Positions 38,370 to 47,675 of a DNA stretch of 60,465 nt are shown in pieces. The notes below the pieces were generated by a model, which searched no databases, was not told where the DNA came from, and worked only from the letters and a program-made list of their open reading frames with translations. A program made the position numbers and the translations under genes. Location of the stretch: positions 1 to 60,465 of the forward strand of contig JBAYOB010000002.1 in assembly GCA_041678505.1 (NCBI GenBank). Direction: 5' to 3'. The stretch comes from Candidatus Dojkabacteria bacterium (GTDB lineage: Bacteria > Patescibacteriota > Dojkabacteria > SC72). The stretch's first letter is position 1. Each line of letters starts with the position of its first letter.

Positions 38370-39752
38370 ATGTACTCTTTTAAGAATAGAAAAGTATTAA
38401 TATTTGGATTAGGGTTAAATGATGGTGGCCTAGGGATGACCGAGTATCTTGTTGAAAAAGGTGCAAAGGTAACTGTAACAGACGGGAAAAGTGAAGAAGA
38501 GTTAAGATCAACATTAAAACAGTTAGAAAAATACGAAGGAAGAATAACATTTCACCTAGGAGGACATAAGGAAGAAGATTTCTTAGAAAATGACATTATT
38601 ATCCGTAATCCAGCTATAAAGCCTGATAATAAATATCTTAAAATTGCCAAAGAAGCAGGAAAAAAGATTGAGATGGAAATGAGTCTTTTCCATAAATTAA
38701 CACCCTGCCCTACTATTGGTATTACTGGAACAAAAGGAAAATCAACAACAACGACATTAATATTTGAGATATTAAAAGAGGAATATGGAAACAAAATTAT
38801 TCTTGGAGGAAATATAGGTAAAAGTGCAGTTAGAGTTGTTGATAAATTGAATAAAGATAATCTTGCAGTTTTAGAACTATCTAGTTTCCAATTAGATACA
38901 ATGGGAAAGAATCAACTATCTCCACATATTGCTGTTGTTACAAATATTTATCAAGATCATATAGATTGGCACTCTACTATGGATGAATATATTGAAGCAA
39001 AGGAAAATATCTATAGATATCAAACGCCAAATGATTACCTGGTAGTTAATATTGATAACAGTATTACTAAAAATTTCAAAGATGATTGTCCTTCCAATGT
39101 AATCACCTTCTCTTTAAAAGACCCTAAAGCAACATACTTTCTTAATAGTGATCTTGAAGTCTTTCACAATGGAAAGAAAATATTTAAACTTGATAAGATC
39201 CAACTTAAAGGAGAGCATAATAAATATAATATACTTGCAGCTATAGCTGCTACAAGGACATACGGTGTAAAGGATGTAAGTATTTTAAAAACATTAGAAA
39301 GATTTAAAGGTGTACCTGGAAGACAGGAGTTTGTTCGAGAATTAAATGGGATTAAATTCTACAATGATACAACGGCTACTTCTGTAGAAGCAGTTCTTGC
39401 TATGCTTGAAAGTTTTGCCCCTGATTATGAAAAAAAAATAGTTATGATAACAGGTGGGATGGATAAGGGATTGGATTACTCGTTGCTTGAGAAAAAGATG
39501 CGAGAATCTCTTAAAGCTCTTGTTCTCTTGGAAGGTAGTGCTTCTGAAAAAATAGAGGTACAGATGAAGAATTTTGAAAATATACATGGATTGTACGGTG
39601 ATTTTAAAGAGGCAATAGTGCAAGCCTACCACTTAGCTGAAAAAGGAGATATTGTAATACTCTGTCCAGGGGCTACTAGCTTTAATATGTTTGCTAATGA
39701 GTTTGATAGAGGTGAACAGTTTGTAAATCATGTAAATTCTTTAGAAAAATAG
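38370..39752 (+). CDS. murD: UDP-N-acetylmuramoylalanine--D-glutamate ligase MurD
   Basis: N-terminal Rossmann VLIFGLGLNDGGLG, GITGTKGKSTTTTLI, ELSSFQL, VTNIYQDHIDWH and FYNDTTATS. Confidence 0.8.
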   Translation: MYSFKNRKVLIFGLGLNDGGLGMTEYLVEKGAKVTVTDGKSEEELRSTLKQLEKYEGRITFHLGGHKEEDFLENDIIIRNPAIKPDNKYLKIAKEAGKKIEMEMSLFHKLTPCPTIGITGTKGKSTTTTLIFEILKEEYGNKIILGGNIGKSAVRVVDKLNKDNLAVLELSSFQLDTMGKNQLSPHIAVVTNIYQDHIDWHSTMDEYIEAKENIYRYQTPNDYLVVNIDNSITKNFKDDCPSNVITFSLKDPKATYFLNSDLEVFHNGKKIFKLDKIQLKGEHNKYNILAAIAATRTYGVKDVSILKTLERFKGVPGRQEFVRELNGIKFYNDTTATSVEAVLAMLESFAPDYEKKIVMITGGMDKGLDYSLLEKKMRESLKALVLLEGSASEKIEVQMKNFENIHGLYGDFKEAIVQAYHLAEKGDIVILCPGATSFNMFANEFDRGEQFVNHVNSLEK

Positions 39753-41087
39753 ATGAAGGATTTATCAAATCTAAAAAAAGTCCATTTCATAGGTATAACC
39801 TCTTCTTTTAGTAGTTTTTGTGCCAACTATTTAATACAACAAGGTGTAGAGATAACTGCCTCTGAGATCTCTCAAGATTCTGAGGATGCAAAAAGATGGA
39901 TTAGGAAAGGTATATTGTACAAAGGAGGGCATAATGAGAAATACATAACAGATGATATTGATCTAGTGGTGTATCCTACAGGTCCAATACCAGGTAATCC
40001 TGAGTGTGAGGCTGCTGAAAAAAAAGGCATACCTACTATCCCCATTGCAGAGTTAACAGGTTTAATTAGTAAGAGTTTTAAGGTAATAGCGGTTGCTGGA
40101 ACACATGGGAAAACGACTACAAGTGCCCTAATTGTATGGATGCTTTTTAAGAGTTTTAATGCTCTTCCTAATTTCATAATAGGAGATAAAATTTTGGAGA
40201 TAGATAAATCTTGGAATTTTAATAAAGACAGTGAATACTTAGTAATAGAGGCATGTGAATACAAAGAACAGTTTCTAGAGAGAGCACCTACCCCTTACAT
40301 TACTGTTATTACAAATGTAGAGTTAGATCATACCGACTATTTCAAATCTCAAAAACAGTATAATCAAGCTTTTGTTAAATTCATATCTAATACTAAAAAT
40401 AAGGTAATTGTTGATACAGAAGGAACAAATATAATAGAGATATTAGGAGAAATAAAGGATAAGAACTTTGAAATATTTGATATAAACAGTATAAGGGAGA
40501 AGTGTGGGAATGTAACAGCAGGATTAAAGGGAGAGCATAATAGGCAGAATATACTTAGGGCATGCGCAGTAGCAGAGGTTTTAGAGAAAAAGGTTGATAT
40601 AGAAGATTTCCCAGGAATAGCTTCTAGATTTGAATATAAAGGTATTACTCCTAATGGTATGCCTATCTATCTAGATTATGCACATAATCCAGGAAAGGTA
40701 AGTGCATGTCTTAGATCTGCAAGAGAGAGTTTTCCCGATAAGAAAATTCTCTTTGTTTGGCAACCACACAGCTTTGAACGTAGCTTTACATTTAGAGAAG
40801 AGTTTGCAGAGAGCATTTTAGATGCTGACATAGTATATATTCCTAATATATTTGCTCCCAGAAGAGAGAAGCAGGAGTATAGGGAGTTGATATCAGAGGA
40901 AGAATTTGTTGAAACTTTAAAAAAGAGAAATCCTGGAAAAGAAATAGAATTTCTTGGTGATTCGGAGAGTTTTGAGAAGACATCTTCCTTGCTGCTAGAG
41001 GAAAAGTTTAATAGTGATTATGTAGCTATCCTAGCAAGTGCAGGTGATCTGTATAAAGTATTACCTAATTTAAGTTTAAAGAAGTAA
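39753..41087 (+). CDS. murC: UDP-N-acetylmuramate--L-alanine ligase MurC (N-terminal glycine loop degenerate)
   Basis: AVAGTHGKTTTSALI, IEACEYKEQF, ITNVELDHTDYF and DYAHNPGKV. The N-terminal HFIGITSSFSSF replaces the usual HFxGIGGxGM. Confidence 0.7.
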   Translation: MKDLSNLKKVHFIGITSSFSSFCANYLIQQGVEITASEISQDSEDAKRWIRKGILYKGGHNEKYITDDIDLVVYPTGPIPGNPECEAAEKKGIPTIPIAELTGLISKSFKVIAVAGTHGKTTTSALIVWMLFKSFNALPNFIIGDKILEIDKSWNFNKDSEYLVIEACEYKEQFLERAPTPYITVITNVELDHTDYFKSQKQYNQAFVKFISNTKNKVIVDTEGTNIIEILGEIKDKNFEIFDINSIREKCGNVTAGLKGEHNRQNILRACAVAEVLEKKVDIEDFPGIASRFEYKGITPNGMPIYLDYAHNPGKVSACLRSARESFPDKKILFVWQPHSFERSFTFREEFAESILDADIVYIPNIFAPRREKQEYRELISEEEFVETLKKRNPGKEIEFLGDSESFEKTSSLLLEEKFNSDYVAILASAGDLYKVLPNLSLKK

Positions 41088-41092
41088 CTCTT

Positions 41093-42688
41093 ATGAAATT
41101 TGGTAGTAATCTTAAAAAAGTAGTAATTTTAGGAATAGGAGGAAAAGCCTCTTTTTATGTTGCAAGATTTTTAAATTTGGCAGGAATTGAACTTGTTGGA
41201 TATGATTTACAAAAAAGTGAAAGGACAGAGGATTTAGAAAAATTAGGTGTGAAAATCATTTATCGGAATCCTGAGAAAGGAGAATCATTTGATAGCGATA
41301 TATTCCTCTACTCTAATGATCTCCCTCAGACGTTACAAAAACAGGTTAAAGAAGATAATAAGAATGTTGAAGCAGTTGAGATAGGAGCCTTTTACAGAGA
41401 TATAATAGAATCTTTTAAGCAAGGAAATATGGATAAGCAAGAGATAGAGGCTTTTCATAAATCAAATATTGGACCTCTGTTTAGTGTAGATCAAAGCAAG
41501 ATGAGATATATAGGTGTTACAGGGACTGATGGGAAAACTACTACATGTACGATGATTTATCATTTGTTAAAAGAAGCAGGATTTAAACCTGCATTAATTA
41601 CAACAGTAGCTGCATATATAGCAGATGAGCAGATAGATACAGGGCTGCATACTACTACTCCCTCCTCACAAGAGATGTACGATCTGGTTAAAAAAGCAGA
41701 AGAAAGAACCTGTACTCATATTATTATCGAAGCAACATCTCATGGACTGCAACAGGCAAGATTGGCAGGTCTAAAAATGGATAGTGTAGGTTACACTAAT
41801 ATTACATCAGAGCATTTAGATTATCATGGGAATTGGGATTCGTATCGTAATGCAAAAGCTCTGTTAATAAAAGACTATCTTAAACAAGATGGTAATGCAG
41901 TACTAAATCTAGATGATGAATCTTTTGAGTATCTATCACAATTTGTTTCTAAACCAATTACATACAGTTTAGAAAAGGAAGCAGATTTTCAGGCATCAGA
42001 GATAGATGAACAAGATAGTGGTGTGTCATTTAATCTCCTGTACAAAAACAAGGAATATAAAGGGAAAATTCCAATACTAGGGAAATGTAACGTAAGTAAT
42101 TTCTTGTGTGCTTTAGCTATATGCCATAAAGAAGGTTTAGGTTTAGAAGAAATATTGGATTCTATCAAATCATTTAAAACAATATCTGGAAGGATGGAGG
42201 TCTTTCAAAGAAAACCCTTCTATGTAATTATCGATCATGCTCATACCTCTAATTCCATTAAAATGGCTCTAGAATCTACAAGATCCTTACTACATAGTAA
42301 AGGTAAATTAATACATGTTTTTGGTTGTGCAGGTCATAGGGATTTTTATAAACGAGAGGAGATGGGAAAAATCTCAAATGAGCTGTCTGATGTCTCTATT
42401 CTAACAGCGGAAGATCCTCGCTTAGAAGATTTAAAATTAATAAATGATCAGATAGAGGATGGTTGGAGAAAAGGCAGTAACAAGAGTGGAGAATTATTTA
42501 GATTTGATTATACAGATAAGAATGTACAGGTAAGGCGTGACGCAATAGTGAAAGCATTTGAAATAGCAAAAGAGGGAGATGCTATCCTTATCACAGGTAA
42601 GGCTCATGAACAATCACTCTGTTTTGATCAGACAGAGTATCCCTGGAGCGATATTGAAGAAGTTAAAACACTCCTTGTAAAAGAATAA
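41093..42688 (+). CDS. murE: MurE-type UDP-MurNAc-L-Ala-D-Glu--diamino acid ligase
   Basis: GVTGTDGKTTT, IIEATSHGLQQARL, YTNITSEHLDYHG, IDHAHTSNS, VFGCAGHRD and TAEDPRLED (where DAP-type enzymes have DNPR). The N-terminal 120 aa look MurC/MurD-like (VVILGIGGKASFYVARFL). Confidence 0.7.
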   Translation: MKFGSNLKKVVILGIGGKASFYVARFLNLAGIELVGYDLQKSERTEDLEKLGVKIIYRNPEKGESFDSDIFLYSNDLPQTLQKQVKEDNKNVEAVEIGAFYRDIIESFKQGNMDKQEIEAFHKSNIGPLFSVDQSKMRYIGVTGTDGKTTTCTMIYHLLKEAGFKPALITTVAAYIADEQIDTGLHTTTPSSQEMYDLVKKAEERTCTHIIIEATSHGLQQARLAGLKMDSVGYTNITSEHLDYHGNWDSYRNAKALLIKDYLKQDGNAVLNLDDESFEYLSQFVSKPITYSLEKEADFQASEIDEQDSGVSFNLLYKNKEYKGKIPILGKCNVSNFLCALAICHKEGLGLEEILDSIKSFKTISGRMEVFQRKPFYVIIDHAHTSNSIKMALESTRSLLHSKGKLIHVFGCAGHRDFYKREEMGKISNELSDVSILTAEDPRLEDLKLINDQIEDGWRKGSNKSGELFRFDYTDKNVQVRRDAIVKAFEIAKEGDAILITGKAHEQSLCFDQTEYPWSDIEEVKTLLVKE

Positions 42689-42704
42689 TTTTAATAATTT
42701 AAAG

Positions 42705-43877
42705 ATGAGATATACAGGTACTGTAGTAAGAGGGATTAGAACTCCAATAATAAGCAGCGGTGATGATTTAGGAAGTATAGTTGTAAACTCCATAGTAAAA
42801 GCATCAAAGAAGGAGAAATTTGAATTAAAAGATAGTGATATTATTGGTATTACAGAGGCTGTATTATCGATATCTCAACAGAACTACATATCACTTGATG
42901 ATATAGGAAAGGAGGTTAAGAAGAAATTACCAGTAGATGATATAGCATTAGTTTTTCCCATACTTAGTAGAAATAGGTTCAGTATGATACTTGAAGCAAT
43001 TGCTAAAGAGTATAAAAAAGTCTTTGTATTACTAAGTTATCCTGCTGATGAAGTGGGGAATCATATTATGGATGAAGAGAAGATGTATAAGCTAGGATTA
43101 AACCCCTACTCTGATTCTTTTACAGAGAGAAGATACAGAAATCTTTTTGGTAAGAGCGTTAAACATAAATTTACAGGTATTGATTATGTAAAATATTATA
43201 AAAGCTTTGGAGATAATGTTAAGATATATTTTTCCAATAAGCCAGAATATATTTTAAAATACTGTAAGAATATTTTAGCCTGTGATATACATACTCGAAA
43301 AAGAACTAAAAGTGTTCTAAAAAGAAAAGGCGCAAATATGGTTTATGGATTAGATGATATATGTAATAGGAAAAATAGTAAAAAAGGTTACAACAAAGAG
43401 TATGGACTTTTAGGTTCAAATAGAGCTACAGATGATAAATTAAAACTTTTTCCTAGAGATTGTGATCTGTTTGTAAGAGAAGTACAAAAGCTTTTTAAAA
43501 AATATACAGGTAAAAATGTTGAAGTACTAATCTATGGAGATGGTGCATTTAAAGATCCTGTAGGTAAAATATGGGAATTAGCTGATCCTGTTGTATCACC
43601 AGGCTTTACAGAGGGTCTGAAAGGACAACCAAAAGAGGTTAAGTTGAAATATATATCGGAGAATTGGGATGGTGAGAATGATTTAGAGGAGTATGTAAAA
43701 AAGATCATATCTGAAAAGCACACAGAGAAATATGAATCTAAGAAATCTTTAGGGACGACTCCAAGACAGATAACAGATCTTTTAGGTACTCTTTGCGATT
43801 TAACTAGTGGGAGTGGTGATAAAGGGACTCCAGTTGTATATATACAAGGCTATTTTGATGACAGGAGTGTAGAGTGA
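42705..43877 (+). CDS. CofE-family (F420-0:gamma-glutamyl ligase-like) protein with a large insertion
   Basis: RTPIISSGDDLGSIV...LKDSDIIGITEAVLSISQ, LLGSNRATDDKLKLFPRD...GKNVEVLIYGDGAF and TSGSGDKGTPVVYIQG line up with CofE family hallmarks as I recall them. Confidence 0.5.
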   Translation: MRYTGTVVRGIRTPIISSGDDLGSIVVNSIVKASKKEKFELKDSDIIGITEAVLSISQQNYISLDDIGKEVKKKLPVDDIALVFPILSRNRFSMILEAIAKEYKKVFVLLSYPADEVGNHIMDEEKMYKLGLNPYSDSFTERRYRNLFGKSVKHKFTGIDYVKYYKSFGDNVKIYFSNKPEYILKYCKNILACDIHTRKRTKSVLKRKGANMVYGLDDICNRKNSKKGYNKEYGLLGSNRATDDKLKLFPRDCDLFVREVQKLFKKYTGKNVEVLIYGDGAFKDPVGKIWELADPVVSPGFTEGLKGQPKEVKLKYISENWDGENDLEEYVKKIISEKHTEKYESKKSLGTTPRQITDLLGTLCDLTSGSGDKGTPVVYIQGYFDDRSVE

Positions 43878-43884
43878 AGTTAGT

Positions 43885-44409
43885 TTAAATAATTGGAGGT
43901 GTTACTCCTTTCTGATTTTCGTACCTACTGTTCTTCTCCCCTACTATTGGTTCTGAGAGTTTTGCAAAAAGATATGTCCCTATCTTCTCTCCTTTATGTA
44001 AGACAATATCAAATTTACCTAAATTTTTAATTTCCAAGACAGATGACTCTGAACTAAAAGGCACTCCATCTAAGATAAGAGCAGTTAGATGGATAGTCAT
44101 CCCTGCCCTAGCATAAGTGGATCTACCATCAAGCATTGTTATTATATCTCTATCCGTACGTATACTTTGTTGTGTAGAGCCTAGTACAAAATCATTTGGT
44201 TTTAATATATACGGTTTTGTTTTAAGGTCATATTTATCATATTTTAAATCTGTAGGTTTTTTTGTATCAAATATCTGCTTAGGTTTAGGAATTAATAGTT
44301 CATTGCCTAAATTAACTGTTATCCCTTTTGTTTCAATATGAAGCTTACCTTTTACGATTATCTTTCCCTGATGTATGTACTTACTTATAGTTTTATCAGA
44401 AAGAAACAT
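43885..44409 (-). CDS. dcd: dCTP deaminase / dUTPase-superfamily protein
   Basis: MFLSDKTISKYIHQGKIIV N-terminus, GRSTYARAGM and VLEIKNLG motifs. Confidence 0.7.
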   Translation of the reverse strand: MFLSDKTISKYIHQGKIIVKGKLHIETKGITVNLGNELLIPKPKQIFDTKKPTDLKYDKYDLKTKPYILKPNDFVLGSTQQSIRTDRDIITMLDGRSTYARAGMTIHLTALILDGVPFSSESSVLEIKNLGKFDIVLHKGEKIGTYLFAKLSEPIVGEKNSRYENQKGVTPPII

Positions 44410-44529
44410 CTTAGTGGACAGTTAGATTAAGTACTACAATAATATATCATTTGTTATTTCTTTGTCTAGGTTGAAAGATATTTTTAATTATGTGATACTG
44501 ACTTATAATTAAATTTTTAGTACTTTACA

Positions 44530-44910
44530 ATGGGATATATAGATGATATTGAAGAGAAAACTTTAGCTAACAGTAATTTTAGAGAGGTACTTTATACAGG
44601 TAAACATCTCCAATTAGTTGTTATGTGTCTTAAACCAGGGGATGATATTGGTGAAGAGGTACATGATCATGTGGATCAGTTCTTTAGAGTAGAACAGGGA
44701 GAGGCAAAAGTATTAATTGATGGAGAGGAAAGTGTAATTAAAGAAGATATGGTAGCTATTGTACCTGCTGGTTCATTACATAATGTAATTAATATATCAG
44801 ATATTGATTTAAAGCTTTACACCATCTACTCTCCTCCTAATCATCCTGATGGAACAATTCATAGGGATAAGGCAGAGGCGGATAAATATGAAGAGGAACA
44901 CCATCATTAA
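44530..44910 (+). CDS. Cupin-domain protein
   Basis: GEEVHDHVDQFFRVEQGE ... VPAGSLHNV, the two-motif cupin signature. Confidence 0.65.
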   Translation: MGYIDDIEEKTLANSNFREVLYTGKHLQLVVMCLKPGDDIGEEVHDHVDQFFRVEQGEAKVLIDGEESVIKEDMVAIVPAGSLHNVINISDIDLKLYTIYSPPNHPDGTIHRDKAEADKYEEEHHH

Positions 44911-44970
44911 TTAATTACAGTATAAAAACCAAATATAGTATAATAATCAAATAATTGTTATACTACTGTT

Positions 44971-45459
44971 ATGGGAACAGGAGAGTTAAAAGAGCAACTG
45001 TCTTTACACTCTTTTTCGGACCAACTAATAGAAGAATCTTCTAAATGTCTTCATGACTTCATTGATGAGAATCGTTACAGAAAGTATGAATTAATTGATC
45101 TTGTTAATTGTATAGACACAGATACTCTAAATATGATGAGTAATCTTTTGGATGAAACAGTAGGAAAGTTAATATATGAGGATATTGATAATAAATCATT
45201 GGATATTATTAGTGAGACATTAAAGGAAAATACTTCTGAATGGAGAGATTCGTCACAAAGGATATTAAATATTACTTTGGTAAAAAAAATATTAGAAAAT
45301 CAAACATATTGGTATAGTAATATTGAAGAGAAGTTGATAATGAGAAATTTCCATGAAGAACATACTGAAGATCTTGCCTTTATATGGCTTTATACTCTGA
45401 GAGTTAAGAAGCAGAAGGAGAGAGATAAATATGAGAAGGAATATCATCATAAATTATAA
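44971..45459 (+). CDS. Hypothetical protein
   Basis: Intact 162-aa ORF with no recognisable motif. Confidence 0.35.
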   Translation: MGTGELKEQLSLHSFSDQLIEESSKCLHDFIDENRYRKYELIDLVNCIDTDTLNMMSNLLDETVGKLIYEDIDNKSLDIISETLKENTSEWRDSSQRILNITLVKKILENQTYWYSNIEEKLIMRNFHEEHTEDLAFIWLYTLRVKKQKERDKYEKEYHHKL

Positions 45460-45478
45460 GAGACCTTGATAGTATTCC

Positions 45479-45943
45479 TTATTCCATTGAGATTTTATCT
45501 GTCTCCAAAATTTCTATATTATTCTCTTTAAGTAGCTCTGTTAAGATTCCATTTCCTACAATTAAGTTGTTTTTAAAAGTCCCATCATATACTTTTGTAT
45601 AGCCACAGGAAGGACTCCTATCTTGTAAAATAGCATGAGTTATATTAAATTTTCTGCATATATCTAATACCTCTTTTGCTCCTTTTATAAATTGCTCAGT
45701 AACATCTCCTCCTTCTTTATTTACAATTTTAGCTTTTCCATCTAGTACATCTTTACTTGTATATCCTTCTTCTATTTCTGCAGGCAATCTAGGTGTAGGT
45801 AATCCTCCCAACTGTTCTGCACAAAGAGGTATGAAGAAGTGATTATTTTTTAATAGAAAGGTAATAATCTTGTTATTCCTATTATTACCACCACTATATT
45901 TTGTATTCATACCTAATAGGCATGCACTAACAATAATTCTCAT
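45479..45943 (-). CDS. DUF523-family protein (TudS-like thiouracil desulfidase family)
   Basis: MRIIVSACLLGMNTKYSGG...CAEQLGGLPTPR...LQDRSPSCG, the conserved Cys pattern of DUF523. Confidence 0.6.
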   Translation of the reverse strand: MRIIVSACLLGMNTKYSGGNNRNNKIITFLLKNNHFFIPLCAEQLGGLPTPRLPAEIEEGYTSKDVLDGKAKIVNKEGGDVTEQFIKGAKEVLDICRKFNITHAILQDRSPSCGYTKVYDGTFKNNLIVGNGILTELLKENNIEILETDKISME

Positions 45944-45945
45944 TT

Positions 45946-46586
45946 TTAAGTATTAAAACATCGATCTCCACAGTCCCCAGGTCCATTTTTAATGTAGAAA
46001 TCCTCATTTAATTTATTTGGACCAAATACAGAATAGATGCGTATTTCAGGGTACTCCTTGTGAATATTTTCTATACCCTCCTTTGCAGCATGTAGAGATA
46101 GTATTACAGTATTTTTAGTATCAATATATTTTTTACAGATATCAATACATGCTAAGAGTGAACATCCTGTTGCTAAGGCAGGATCTGCGATTATCACAAA
46201 CTTGTTCTTGAGAGCCTCCATTCCTCTTGTGTAATCAGTTAATGCAACAGTTTTACCTTTTATAGTTTTTCTCCAAGCACTAACAAATACTATAGAACAA
46301 TCAGGAAATGCATCCCCTACTCCCATGCTCATATTTGTACCAGCTCTTAATACGTTAATGATTCCTATTTTTGTATCATCTACAATAGTTTCGTTTAGTT
46401 CTCCTAAAGGAGTAATAGTTTTCACCTTTTTGTAGGTAAAATACCTCTATTTGCTAAATCTAAAGCCATGTATAGGCCGAGTTGTTGCAGATACTCTCTG
46501 TATGCATGAGATTTAGTATCAGTATCATGCAGATTTAATCCTATCTCTTTGATAATTAGATTGTTAACTATAGTGAAATTATTCAT
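45946..46586 (-). pseudogene. upp: Uracil phosphoribosyltransferase split by a 1-nt frameshift
   Basis: The track ORF 45946..46425 holds the C-terminal 159 aa with LRAG and IIADPALATGCS. My translation of 46586..46422 gives the missing N-terminus, MNNFTIVNNLIIKEIGLNLHDTDTKSHAYREYLQQLGLYMALDLANRGILPTKR*. The frames join if the A5 run (plus-strand T5 at 46427-31) is read as A6. Confidence 0.75.
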
Positions 46587-47637
46587 CTTTAGTAGCCTTT
46601 TCCCATATTGATAAAGTATATATCTTTTCGGTATCTATATCTTTTACTTCATCTATGTATTTTGTAGCTATATCCACAGTTTGCTGTAACTTATCTTTGT
46701 TGATATAAAAGAGACCTTTTGTACTACCATCATCAGCTTTGTAAAGTTTACCAGATTCTACACCCATTCTAATATGATGTTTTTTAGCAGTTTCATCTCC
46801 TTGAATAAAATCTAAATCTATCCTCTCAATTGCGTCTTCTGGGTTTTGTATAGCATATTCCCATCCTTTTATAGTTGCTTTAAGAAATCGTACCAGTAAG
46901 TCCTCATTTTCTTCGAGGTATTCTCTTTTAACAAAAAGAGCATCTTGTAGCATAGCTACACCTTCATCTTCCATATCAAAAACAGTAAATTCACTCTCAT
47001 CATACCCAGCCTCTATTGGTAACCAATATTCATTGTAAATAGTTGCAGATGCGATATCTATTTCTCCATTTAAGAGTTGATTCATATCAAAATTTTGATT
47101 AACTAAAACAACATCTCTATCTCTATCCAATCCTTGCTTCTCAATGAAAGCATAAGGTTCTAACTCATTACCGCCAGGCCATGTCCCTATAGATTTACCT
47201 GTGATATCTGCAGGAGATTCGACTCCATTCTCTTTGAAAGCCATCAATCTAATCCCTGATCTTTGCATCCCCTGTCCAATATTTACTAACTCTTCTCCAA
47301 GGGATATTGCAGGTAGAACATTACCTGTCCATGCAACTGCTATATCAGCATGTCCTGCTATTAATACATCAACAGGATTAATCCCTACTCCCCCAGGTAG
47401 TATATCAATATCAATATTCTCCTCTTCATAGTAGCCTAGTTTTTCTGCTACTAGGAATCCCATAAATTGACCCTGCTCTACCCATTTTAATTGTAAAGTT
47501 ATTCCATCCATATCACTCTTTTCTTCTCCCTTATCTATTACTTTTGTAAATAGGAAATAGATTCCTACTGCTGCTATTACTAAAAGTAAAAGCCAAATAA
47601 GAGGAGATTGGGAAGAACTTTGTTTTTCTTCTTCCAT
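46579..47637 (-). CDS. ABC transporter substrate-binding protein, NMT1/THI5-like (NitT/TauT family)
   Basis: TM or lipoprotein-like anchor; ITLQLKWVEQGQFMGFLVAEKLGYYEEENIDIDILPGG...GHADIAVAW layout. Confidence 0.7.
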   Translation of the reverse strand: MEEEKQSSSQSPLIWLLLLVIAAVGIYFLFTKVIDKGEEKSDMDGITLQLKWVEQGQFMGFLVAEKLGYYEEENIDIDILPGGVGINPVDVLIAGHADIAVAWTGNVLPAISLGEELVNIGQGMQRSGIRLMAFKENGVESPADITGKSIGTWPGGNELEPYAFIEKQGLDRDRDVVLVNQNFDMNQLLNGEIDIASATIYNEYWLPIEAGYDESEFTVFDMEDEGVAMLQDALFVKREYLEENEDLLVRFLKATIKGWEYAIQNPEDAIERIDLDFIQGDETAKKHHIRMGVESGKLYKADDGSTKGLFYINKDKLQQTVDIATKYIDEVKDIDTEKIYTLSIWEKATKDE

Positions 47638-47675
47638 AATAAAAATATAATTAATTTAAATAAATTTGTACTTAT

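Noticed and set aside
46419-46435. Programmed -1 ribosomal frameshift as the explanation for the split upp
   Set aside because: The site lacks a canonical X XXY YYZ heptamer, I see no obvious downstream stimulatory structure, and upp is not known to use recoding. A homopolymer indel (error or mutation) is the simpler explanation, so this is kept only as a minor alternative.
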